DNA of 59,562 nucleotides from Acidimicrobiia bacterium (GTDB lineage Bacteria > Actinomycetota > Acidimicrobiia > Spongiisociales > ZC4RG35): assembly GCA_041742825.1 (NCBI GenBank), contig JBGTNX010000062.1:1-59562 (forward strand), given 5' to 3'. Numbering within the stretch: the stretch's first letter is position 1; the number at the start of each line of letters is the position of its first letter. Shown here one piece after another: positions 9,345 through 17,150 of the stretch. The notes beneath the pieces were generated by a model. The model was not told the DNA's origin, did not search any database, and was given only the letters and a program-made list of their open reading frames with translations. Made by a program: the position numbers and the translations under genes.

Positions 9345-9422
9345 TGGCGGGAACGACGGGATTTGAACCCGCGACCTTCGGCTTGACAGGCCGACGAACA
9401 CTCCAGACTGTTCTACGCTCCC
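9345..9422 (-). tRNA. tRNA-Asp(GTC)
   Basis: GGGAGCG...TCGGC-CTGTCAA-GCCGA...GGTTCAAATCC...CGTTCCC-G-CCA. Confidence 0.95.
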
Positions 9423-9549
9423 AGGAGTTGCACCTACAGAGTAGGCCCAGCGAAGTATATCTCCCACTGGTCTCGACTCAACATCGTCGAGGGCTGGGTC
9501 CGTCCGGTCCAGGATTGGCCCCTTGTGTATGTTCTAAGGCACCCCGGGG

Positions 9550-9706
9550 GTCGCTGGCGGCACCCTCAACGAGCGAAGTGATCTGGTACGACGTCGGCCA
9601 CGACGTCACCCCTGAGATGATCGCCGACCACTTCAGCTGGCTCGGAGAACTCGGACTCGATTCAGCCCGCGTCAGCGACTGTGTAACCCAAATGCCAAGT
9701 TCATAA
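9550..9706 (+). pseudogene. Possible C-terminal remnant of an alpha/beta-hydrolase-like gene
   Basis: EVIWYDVGHDVTPEMIADHFSWL resembles a hydrolase catalytic-His region; no convincing start. Confidence 0.3.
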
Positions 9707-9794
9707 CCTCCGACGGCCTCCACTCGACCTCGCCACCCGCCAGGAGGAGGGACCTAGCCGCAGGGTTCCAGCCCTGTTGGGTTGAGTCGGTGGG

Positions 9795-10226
9795 TTAAGC
9801 GGTTGCCATTGAGCCCTCGGTCACTTCGCTCTTGTGTGCAGCGAAAGCGGCCAGGACTTCGTCCTTCTCCTGGGCGGGAATGTTGAAGGCGTCGAGTGTT
9901 CGGGCGAGTTCAGCAGCCACCTCATCGAACTCTTCAGGCGATATCCGCAATTCCCGATGAGCTTCCTCGAGGCCGAGGGTGGTGCTGCCGCGTCTGGTGG
10001 CTGAATATTCGAAAGGCCCGCCTGCCACATTGCACACCCACAGCGTTCGCATGAACTTCAGGCCTGGAAGCCGACCCAGGTTGTTGGTGTGCCAGTCGCG
10101 GAGCGCCGGATTGGCCGAAGTCTGGCCCACGATCGGGTTCTCGATCAGGGCATCGCTGAATCTATCGACCACCGCCGCGATGGCGAACACCCCACCGAGT
10201 CTGTCGTACAAACTCGCATCGGTCAT
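9795..10226 (-). CDS. Group I truncated haemoglobin
   Basis: SLYDRLGG..AIAAVVDRF, AGGPFEY, proximal AHRELRISPEEFD; SD AGAGGAGG. Confidence 0.88.
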   Translation of the reverse strand: MTDASLYDRLGGVFAIAAVVDRFSDALIENPIVGQTSANPALRDWHTNNLGRLPGLKFMRTLWVCNVAGGPFEYSATRRGSTTLGLEEAHRELRISPEEFDEVAAELARTLDAFNIPAQEKDEVLAAFAAHKSEVTEGSMATA

Positions 10227-10429
10227 GAATAATCCTCCTCTGTGCTGCGATCGTTTTTCTATCGCCAACATGTTCCATTTTTACAAGACTTCGGGCCGGG
10301 AGTCAATGGCCTGATGTGTGAAGCAATCTTTTGAAGTCGCGCAGTGAAGATTTTTCACAAGCATCAACTTACGGGGGACATGATCAGGCGCCGTCCCATA
10401 GACTCTGGTCAACCCAACGAGGAGGAGTG

Positions 10430-10810
10430 TTGACTCAAGAAGAGAGACCCGTGGTCACATCGAGCGGAACGACGAAAGGACCAATGGGACTTCTGGTCAT
10501 CGGGGCGGGTTTGATAGTGGCTAACTGGGTGATCCTGGGGCTGATCGCCGGACGGTGGAGCCCAAGCACGTTCTACGTCGTTCTAGCGCTGATCGTGGTG
10601 CTTTCAGCATTCGGCGTTCTTGGGATCAGCATCGGGGTGAAGACCCAACAGTTCATCGGCTGGTTTTTCGGACTATCGGCCCTGGTGATCCTGCTCGAAA
10701 GCCTCCGCTATAACAGTTTCCCCGATGACGCCACGGGTTGGATCGCCACCCTCCTCTTCTACGCCGGATCGGTGTTGATGTTCGTCGGCGCCCGCCAACT
10801 CTCTGACTGA
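10430..10810 (+). CDS. Hypothetical membrane protein (about 4 TM)
   Basis: Four hydrophobic segments; SD GGAGGAG; exact start uncertain. Confidence 0.65.
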   Translation: MTQEERPVVTSSGTTKGPMGLLVIGAGLIVANWVILGLIAGRWSPSTFYVVLALIVVLSAFGVLGISIGVKTQQFIGWFFGLSALVILLESLRYNSFPDDATGWIATLLFYAGSVLMFVGARQLSD

Positions 10811-10825
10811 CGGGCGACGTCCCGG

Positions 10826-11623
10826 TCAATCGTCGAAGAAGGCCTGGAGTTGGGTGCCGAGGAAGTCGATGCCAACGTGATTGGGGTGGCATAGGTCCCG
10901 CCGGAGGTGCTCGGCGGTCAGCGGACCGAGTTCCGGACCGCTTTCCACCAACTCGTAGTTTGCGGCGAGTGTGTCTGCGATGACGGTGCCCTCAGTGGGA
11001 ATCTGGTTACCGTTGGTGACCTCACAATCCTCTCCCTCGTAGAAGTTCAGTGGTGAAACCCACACCGGGATGCCGGGGTCGATCTCCCAGATCTTCGCCA
11101 GCACGGTTTCGGCGTTTTCCAGGGTCAGCCCGGCGGCCGCACGCTCGCAGAGGTTGAGCCAGGCACCGTCGAAGCCGTCTTCGGGTCGAAGCGGAAGGTA
11201 GTGCTCCCCCCAACCATCGCTATTCACCGCCCAGTACTCGACCGTATGGCCTGCCCACGCCGTGTTGACCAACAGGTCGGACCCGGAAACTTCGAGATAA
11301 CCGGACGCGGCATGGTTCGTGTTTGAACAACCGATCACCGAGACCGCATCGAAGGGGTCTGCGGGGAGCGTTGTGGTGGTAGTGGGCTCTGGATCGGGGT
11401 CGGGGACGGAACTCGTCGTGGTGGTAGTCACTTGCGTGGGGGTTGTGGTTGGGGCGTCGGTGCTTGTTGTTGTCGTCGTCTCCGGATTCTCCTCGGGTGA
11501 CTGGCACTGGGGTCGATCCGGTTGCTTGTCACACCTCGGGTCAGCCGCCAGCGCCGGCAAAGCAGTGGCGAGCACTCCCAATAGGGCTGTCGCAAGCAGC
11601 CTCCGCGTCCATGCGGTTGTCAT
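10826..11623 (-). CDS. Secreted protein with Thr-rich linker and SGNH/GDSL-like hydrolase domain
   Basis: Signal peptide (ALA-A), T/P-rich linker, block-I-like VIGCSNT and block-V-like DLCHPN. Confidence 0.6.
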   Translation of the reverse strand: MTTAWTRRLLATALLGVLATALPALAADPRCDKQPDRPQCQSPEENPETTTTTSTDAPTTTPTQVTTTTTSSVPDPDPEPTTTTTLPADPFDAVSVIGCSNTNHAASGYLEVSGSDLLVNTAWAGHTVEYWAVNSDGWGEHYLPLRPEDGFDGAWLNLCERAAAGLTLENAETVLAKIWEIDPGIPVWVSPLNFYEGEDCEVTNGNQIPTEGTVIADTLAANYELVESGPELGPLTAEHLRRDLCHPNHVGIDFLGTQLQAFFDD

Positions 11624-11650
11624 CTGATGTTCCCTTCTCGGCTTGATGAC

Positions 11651-11705
11651 AACATGCCGGAGAAAGGGTCAAGGGCGCTTCAAGGAGAGGTGAAGGTCGT
11701 ATCAA
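11651..11705 (-). promoter_or_regulatory. Four 11-bp-phased direct repeats (TTGA/TTCA) plus -10-like CATGTT
   Basis: Plus-strand tcaa/tgaa at 11669, 11680, 11691, 11702; same architecture as 13070-13126. Confidence 0.65.
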
Positions 11706-11731
11706 CGCGGGCGGCGGGCCGGGCTAGCCGG

Positions 11732-12772
11732 TCAGGTCAGCGGCTTTTTGGCTTCGATCTCGCCGTCAACGATACGCCCGGTGGTTTCGAATCCCCTCTT
11801 GAGGTACATCGGCGCGGGTGACCCTTTGCCCTCCACCCAGCTCACGAAGAGGGTCGAGTCTCCACGAGAGCGCATCTGGGCTTCGACCAGGTCGAGAGCC
11901 TTGCTGCCGATGCCGCGGCGTTGGTGGCGACGGTCGATGAGCAGCCGCCAGAGGAATGGGTCCGGGTGGTGCTCGTTGCTCAAAGCCAACATTACGAAGC
12001 CAACGAGCTCACCATCGGCGCTTATCGCCCGCATCCAGGGAACCAACGGGGCACCCTCGTACACCTCCGGAAAGAGTGCGGCGGCATACGACCAGAGCAT
12101 CGGGGCGACAAAGCTCTCCTGAGACCTGTGAGTCGCCAGTTTGGCGACCTTGTCAGAGGTGTCGGGGGTGATCTCGACAAGTTCGATCTTCTTTGGCGTT
12201 CCCTGCGGGCGGTTCTTCCAGTCCTCCCAATCGGCGCGCAACAGCCCGTAAATCCAGTCGTCAGATACCTCGTCATTGAGCCAGAACGAAGACCGGGTGT
12301 GCCCTTCGAAGAGAAAGCCGTTTCGCTCGAGCACCATTGCCGACGCCGGGTTGTCGGGGTGGAGCATCGCGAAAACCCGGGTGACTCCAAGCTCTTCGAA
12401 GAGATATCCAAGGAAGGCATCGACTGCTTCGGAAGCGTATCCGTTTCCCCAATGCTCACTGGCGAAGGTGTATCCGATTTCCGCAGACCGTCCGTCTTCG
12501 CTCATGTGCAGGGCGAGGTCACCGAGAACTTCCTCATTGGAGCGGTCGCACACGGCTGCCATCCACCACTCGCCGTTTTCAGGGCCACCCATTGCGACGA
12601 TCGAGGCGACAATCGTCTCGGCGCGCTCGACGGGGTAGGGGAGGGCCCAATTCTGGTACTTCGCCACAAGGGGGTCGTTGCGGCGCCGCGCGAGTTCGGC
12701 GGCATCGTCGGGGACAAAGGGACGAATGAGCAGACGTGAGGTATGGATCGGGGTGAACACTGCGTTATTCAA
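11732..12772 (-). CDS. Tandem GNAT N-acetyltransferase (RimJ/RimL domain + second GNAT domain)
   Basis: AEIGYTF..HWGNGYA, NPASAMVLERNGF; second domain LLIDRRHQRRGIG. Confidence 0.85.
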   Translation of the reverse strand: MNNAVFTPIHTSRLLIRPFVPDDAAELARRRNDPLVAKYQNWALPYPVERAETIVASIVAMGGPENGEWWMAAVCDRSNEEVLGDLALHMSEDGRSAEIGYTFASEHWGNGYASEAVDAFLGYLFEELGVTRVFAMLHPDNPASAMVLERNGFLFEGHTRSSFWLNDEVSDDWIYGLLRADWEDWKNRPQGTPKKIELVEITPDTSDKVAKLATHRSQESFVAPMLWSYAAALFPEVYEGAPLVPWMRAISADGELVGFVMLALSNEHHPDPFLWRLLIDRRHQRRGIGSKALDLVEAQMRSRGDSTLFVSWVEGKGSPAPMYLKRGFETTGRIVDGEIEAKKPLT

Positions 12773-12811
12773 CCAATTCGCCGCCCTGAAAGTCGGCTGA
12801 TTTAACGCAGT

Positions 12812-12973
12812 TCAGTCGGAAGGGTGGTCCTCGGGATGTTCCCTGATGTCGCGGGCGTCCTTGCGCTCCTGCTCATGGCGCGCCCCGGACTCTTTGCGTT
12901 CTGTTTCGTAGCGTTCGTTCGACTCGATACGTTCGCGCTCGTGCCGCTCGGCTCTCTCTTGATCTGTTTCCAT
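12812..12973 (-). CDS. 53-aa highly charged small protein with 11-residue repeats (absent from ORF track)
   Basis: Hand translation METDQERAERHERERIESNERYETERKESGARHEQERKDARDIREHPEDHPSD*; fills the gap upstream of the GNAT gene; SD weak. Confidence 0.55.
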   Translation of the reverse strand: METDQERAERHERERIESNERYETERKESGARHEQERKDARDIREHPEDHPSD

Positions 12974-13069
12974 GAACCGGCCTTTGTTTCTGCGACGTCC
13001 TTGAGAATTGCTCCTCCAATCCTACCCGCGATTGGGCCGAAGCTTCCCAAGGCCCCCGACCGGCACTGA

Positions 13070-13126
13070 CCTTGAGGGCAGCTTGATCGTGTGTTGAAGC
13101 GCCCTTGAGTCGATCTGACGCATGGT
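13070..13126 (+). promoter_or_regulatory. Four 11-bp-phased TTGA direct repeats plus -10-like CATGGT (OmpR/PhoB-type operator)
   Basis: TTGA at 13072, 13083, 13094, 13105; 15-mer TTGAAGCGCCCTTGA identical to the minus-strand copy at 11669-11683. Confidence 0.7.
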
Positions 13127-13152
13127 GGTACTCAACCGTGAAAGGAACTGCA

Positions 13153-13428
13153 ATGGCAACTGTTTGGATCGACGCCGATGAATGCATGGGGGCCGGAACC
13201 TGCTCCCAGATCGCCCCACAGGTCTTCGTGGATCGCGGCGACGGAGTTTGGGCGGTGAAAGAGAGCGCTTCCCATTTCGACCGTGAAGTCGTCTTCGACG
13301 GTCTGGATGGGAACGGTCACGGGCCCGATGGCTACGAGGGCCGCGCCCGAATCCCCGATTCGCTGCTTGACCTGGTCATCGAGGCGGCAGAAGAGTGCCC
13401 GGGGGAGTGCATCCATGTCGACGCCTGA
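13153..13428 (+). CDS. Monocluster ferredoxin, probably [3Fe-4S]
   Basis: CMGAGTC...APQVF...ECPGECI; SD AAAGGA. Confidence 0.88.
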   Translation: MATVWIDADECMGAGTCSQIAPQVFVDRGDGVWAVKESASHFDREVVFDGLDGNGHGPDGYEGRARIPDSLLDLVIEAAEECPGECIHVDA

Positions 13429-13978
13429 ACCCAACGCCACTCCGGAGACACCCGGCCCGCGGAGCCCGACAACCCCTCGTACGAAGGCATCCGTGCCGAT
13501 CTCCGTTTTTCTAGGGATCATGGTGGTCCCCCTCGCCGCGGCGGCGTCCATGTTTGTGGTGTCACCACAGATCGAGGAGCCGGCTGCCCTCGCCGCCGAA
13601 CCGGCCAATGCCGAAGTCGTCGCGGCTGGTGCGCCCGACCTGACCCAGGACCTCCTCGTTTCCTGCGGCCCTGTCGCAACCGAGATGATTGCACTCGAGA
13701 AAATCGGCGGCTTGACCACCTTGCAGACGGCCGCCCTTGACGCGCTCCGCCCGATCTGCTCCCAGGAAGGGATGCCCCTACCTGAGGCCACAGATTCACA
13801 GACAGTGCAGGCCGTACTTGTCAGGTCGAATCCGGTCGTGAGCGGTGCTAGCTCCGGGTCGTTGGACGATGACGATCACGATGACGATTGGGACGACTCT
13901 GACGACAGCGACTGGGACGACTCCGACGACAGCGACGGGGACGATTCGCTTGACTCCGACGACTGGGACGATGACTGA
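13415..13978 (+). CDS. Membrane-anchored hypothetical protein with Asp-rich repeat tail
   Basis: One TM (VPISVFLGIMVVPLAAAASMFVV), Cys pair, VVSGASSGS, tail DDDDHDDDWDDSDDSDWDDSDDS...; overlaps both neighbours. Confidence 0.7.
   Translation: MSTPEPNATPETPGPRSPTTPRTKASVPISVFLGIMVVPLAAAASMFVVSPQIEEPAALAAEPANAEVVAAGAPDLTQDLLVSCGPVATEMIALEKIGGLTTLQTAALDALRPICSQEGMPLPEATDSQTVQAVLVRSNPVVSGASSGSLDDDDHDDDWDDSDDSDWDDSDDSDGDDSLDSDDWDDD
13886..13975 (+). repeat. 24-bp coding tandem repeat (DWDDSDDS), about 3.5 copies
   Basis: gattgggacgactctgacgacagc / gactgggacgactccgacgacagc / gacggggacgattcgcttgactcc / gactgggacgatgac. Confidence 0.8.
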
Positions 13979-14274
13979 TGGAAGATGCGACCACCCCTGT
14001 GATCAGTGGAATTGTTGTACTCCTCGCCGGTGTTCTGGCCTTCGTCGTTGTCGTCGCTGGTGAGTCCGACACCACCGAAACAGGGTCGGCTGAGATCCCC
14101 GTAGTTTCTAGTTCGTTGTCCGATCTCGAACCTGCGGTCGAGCGGGTGCTGCTCAGCACCGGAGACGCCTGGATCTATCAGGCAGATGCCGGACCCGGGC
14201 TCAGCGCCGAGCTGGCCCGCGTTCTCGACGCCTACCAGGTGCCGCTGATGGTCCCGTTGGGGGACAGCCAATGA
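13978..14274 (+). CDS. Small membrane-anchored hypothetical protein
   Basis: N-terminal TM (VISGIVVLLAGVLAFVVVV); TGATG and ATGA coupling to neighbours. Confidence 0.65.
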   Translation: MEDATTPVISGIVVLLAGVLAFVVVVAGESDTTETGSAEIPVVSSSLSDLEPAVERVLLSTGDAWIYQADAGPGLSAELARVLDAYQVPLMVPLGDSQ

Positions 14275-14573
14275 GCCGGTTTGGAGACGCCCGCTGGCAA
14301 CGGTTGGCTGCCTGGAGTGGTGCCGCCCTGGCCTGGGGTTCGACGATCACTGCGGTGGTCCTCGAACCAGCCCGCGTCCCGCCATCGGCCCCGCCTTCGC
14401 AGGCCGAGGTTTCCCCGACGCAGGCGGCGCTTCCCGTCCAACCAGCGTCGGGGCTGCTCGTCATCCGCTATCAACCCGATGAGGTAGAGGCCGTCCAGCC
14501 GACGGCGCTGGCACCGCCACCCGCCGCCCCTGCGGTGGCGGCCGCACCCCAGCCCACAAGCAGCGGCTCATGA
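14271..14573 (+). CDS. Small membrane-anchored Pro/Ala-rich protein ending in TSSGS
   Basis: N-terminal hydrophobic segment, P/A-rich linker, ATGA overlaps on both sides. Confidence 0.65.
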   Translation: MSRFGDARWQRLAAWSGAALAWGSTITAVVLEPARVPPSAPPSQAEVSPTQAALPVQPASGLLVIRYQPDEVEAVQPTALAPPPAAPAVAAAPQPTSSGS

Positions 14574-15421
14574 ACCCAGGAAGCTTCAGGGCGATGGGAA
14601 CGACAGTTGAATCCTGGTTCGACGCGTCCGACAACACCGCAGCAGTTGCCGCGTGGTTCGAGGAGGTGGAGGCTCGGTGTAGCCGGTTCCGGCCCGACAG
14701 CGAACTGTCTCGAATCAATCGCAACCCTTCGCCGGAGATGGGAATGTCGGAGATGATGTGGGAGGTGCTCTCAGCCGCCGATCGGGCGAGAACCCTGACC
14801 GGGGGATTGGTCGACGCAGGGGTCGGGTCTGCGGTAGTCGGTTGGGGCTACGACCGCACGTTCGACGAAGTCGCCGATATCGCATTCGCCAGCGGTCCGT
14901 TCTCGGCCGCCGGGTGGTCGTTGAATCCTGACGAACGGTCGCTACGCCGCTGCGCTGGCACACTTTTGGATCTGGGCGGTATCGCCAAGGGCTGGGCGTG
15001 TGACCGGGCGGTGGAGATGGACTTGGCCCGCGTGGTATCGGCGGGCGGGGATCTTCGCAGCGCCGACCCGGCAACCGTCACCAAAGTGATGGACAACAGC
15101 AACGGCATTGCTGCAAGGGTTCATGTTGGCATTGGCGCACTCGCTAGTTCATCGGTCACCAGACGCCGCTGGCGTGTTGGCGACCGCGAAGTTAGCCACG
15201 TGGTCGACCCCAGGACCATGGAGCCTGTCGAGACCCCTGTCCTGAGCGCCACGGTGGTTGCGGCAACTGCAGTTGAAGCTGAGATCGGCGCTAAAGCCAT
15301 CCTGATCAGTGGCGTAGACGGGCTGTCGTGGGCGGATGCAACGGGGTGGATCCGGTCGGCGCTAATCCAGTGGCACGACGGGTCCGTCTATGCGACAACA
15401 GGCACGGAGCTGGTGGCATGA
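14570..15421 (+). CDS. apbE: FAD:protein FMN transferase (ApbE family), no obvious signal peptide
   Basis: FRAMGT, SRFRPDSELSRIN, DLGGIAKGWACD, SAGGD, HVVDPRT. Confidence 0.92.
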   Translation: MNPGSFRAMGTTVESWFDASDNTAAVAAWFEEVEARCSRFRPDSELSRINRNPSPEMGMSEMMWEVLSAADRARTLTGGLVDAGVGSAVVGWGYDRTFDEVADIAFASGPFSAAGWSLNPDERSLRRCAGTLLDLGGIAKGWACDRAVEMDLARVVSAGGDLRSADPATVTKVMDNSNGIAARVHVGIGALASSSVTRRRWRVGDREVSHVVDPRTMEPVETPVLSATVVAATAVEAEIGAKAILISGVDGLSWADATGWIRSALIQWHDGSVYATTGTELVA

Positions 15422-15984
15422 GCGGCGAATGGCTGGTGATCCGCGGCTCGGGAATCGTTGCGTTCGCCCTACTCAGCGCAGCGGTGATCTGGGGGCTGCT
15501 GGCGTCGACGAAGCTGCTCCAGGCCGTGGTCAAAGCCAAACCTCTCACATGGTTCCATGAGTCGCTGGGAATAGGTGCACTTGCGGCAACCCTCGTTCAT
15601 GTATTTGTGCTCTCCATCCATGACTTTCTCGAGTTCAGCTGGGCAGAGATCCTCGTCCCCGGTCTGTCGGACTGGAAGCGACTCCCGATCGCTCTCGGGG
15701 TGGTGGCCTTTTACGGGCTTGTGGTTGTCTCGATGAGCTTTTACGTGAAGAAGCGCATCGGGCAGCGTGCGTGGCGATCGATCCATTACGGCTCGTTTGG
15801 AGTGTTCGTAGCATCACTGATCCATGGGATTCAGGCCGGTTCAGACTCAGCGCATCCAATGGTCATCGGCATGTATCTCGGCTCCGTCGTCGTGGTCATG
15901 TTGCTGCTGACCCATCGTCTTATTTCTGCGTCGACAGCTTCACCATCGCCGGGTGTTCCATCCCGATCCATGCCTTCGGAATAG
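15418..15984 (+). CDS. Ferric reductase-like transmembrane (MsrQ-like haem b) protein
   Basis: RGSGIVA, His residues in WFHESLG, LVHVF, WRSIHY, LIHGIQAGSD; 5-6 TM; ATGA overlap with apbE. Confidence 0.85.
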   Translation: MSGEWLVIRGSGIVAFALLSAAVIWGLLASTKLLQAVVKAKPLTWFHESLGIGALAATLVHVFVLSIHDFLEFSWAEILVPGLSDWKRLPIALGVVAFYGLVVVSMSFYVKKRIGQRAWRSIHYGSFGVFVASLIHGIQAGSDSAHPMVIGMYLGSVVVVMLLLTHRLISASTASPSPGVPSRSMPSE

Positions 15985-16086
15985 TTGAACGCTCAACGAG
16001 GTTGGTTTTGGTGAAGGTTTATCGAAGAGCCGGGCGGACGGTCATTCCCCTGCCGGCCCTTACGCTCTGCGTTGAAAGGAACAAAC

Positions 16087-17109
16087 ATGGAACTTGGACT
16101 CACCAGCTTTGCCGATGCCCGCCAGGACCCGGTGTCAGGGGAGGGGATCAGCCATGGCGAGCGCCTCCGGAACGTGGTCGAGGAGATCGTCAAAGCCGAC
16201 GAAGTTGGTCTCGATGCCTATGGCCTCGGCGAGCACCACCGCGCAGATATGGCTGCATCTGCACCGGCAATAGCTCTTGCCGCGGCTGCTGGTCGCACCG
16301 AGAACATCCGGCTCGGATCGGCCGTGATCGTTCTGAGTTCGGCCGACCCGGTACGAACATTCCAGGACTTCGCCACTCTGGACCAGATCTCATCGGGACG
16401 TGCTGAGCTGATGGTGGGCCGCGGTTCGTTTATCGAATCGTTCCCATTGTTCGGCTATTCGCTCCAGGACTACGACTCCCTGTTCACCGAGAAGCTCGAG
16501 TTGCTGCTGACCATCCGCGACAACGAGCGGGTCACCTGGAGCGGCGAGTTCCGGGCGCCGATCCAGGACCAGGGCGTCTACCCGCGGCCTTTCCAGGACC
16601 CGTTGCCGATCTCGGTCGGCGTGGGCGGCACTCCGGCATCCCTGGTGCGCGCCGGGCGTCTCGGCCTCCCGGTGGTGCTGGCAATAATCGGCGGGGAGCC
16701 GGCCCGGTTCCGCAGCCTGATCGACCTCTATCGCCAGACTCTGGTGGAGAACGACTACGACCCGGCAGACTTCCCGATTGCGGTCCACGCCCACGGCCAT
16801 GTCGCTGAAGACAGCGATCAGGCCGCTGAGGAAGTATTCCCCTCGTATGCGGCAATGATGACCAGAATCGGGCGCGAGCGCGGATGGCCACCGATGACGA
16901 GACAGCAGTACGACGCAATGCGAAGCCCGAACGGCTCGCTTGTGGTGGGCGATCCCGACCATGTCGCCTCCAAGATCCTGCAGTGGAAGGAGTGGCTCGA
17001 CATCGATAGGTTCATGCTTCACAACCCGGCCCAGCTTCCCCATGAGCAGAACTTGCGCTCTATCGAACTGCTCGGCAAGGAAGTTTCCTCCATCGTTCGT
17101 GGCCGCTGA
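16087..17109 (+). CDS. LLM-class (luciferase-like) flavin-dependent oxidoreductase
   Basis: GLGEHHR, IRLGSAVIVLSSADPVR, GRGSFIESFPLFG. Confidence 0.9.
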   Translation: MELGLTSFADARQDPVSGEGISHGERLRNVVEEIVKADEVGLDAYGLGEHHRADMAASAPAIALAAAAGRTENIRLGSAVIVLSSADPVRTFQDFATLDQISSGRAELMVGRGSFIESFPLFGYSLQDYDSLFTEKLELLLTIRDNERVTWSGEFRAPIQDQGVYPRPFQDPLPISVGVGGTPASLVRAGRLGLPVVLAIIGGEPARFRSLIDLYRQTLVENDYDPADFPIAVHAHGHVAEDSDQAAEEVFPSYAAMMTRIGRERGWPPMTRQQYDAMRSPNGSLVVGDPDHVASKILQWKEWLDIDRFMLHNPAQLPHEQNLRSIELLGKEVSSIVRGR

Positions 17110-17150
17110 CGCGTTCTCCTGTCGCGCGACGTCCTGCCAAACTGGCCGCC

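Noticed and set aside
9720-9795. CAGGGCTGGAA hairpin resembling actinobacterial SRP RNA
   Set aside because: Lacks the following GGCAGCA of SRP helix 8 and the long closing stem
10319-10361. TGAAG x3 at 13-bp spacing and GTGAA-n5-TTCAC palindrome (Rex/CRP-like) near the haemoglobin promoter
   Set aside because: Spacing fits neither Rex (n4) nor CRP (n6); may be a real operator but I cannot assign it
13886-13975. Tandem repeat considered as a CRISPR-like array
   Set aside because: No spacers, in-frame coding repeat, no cas genes
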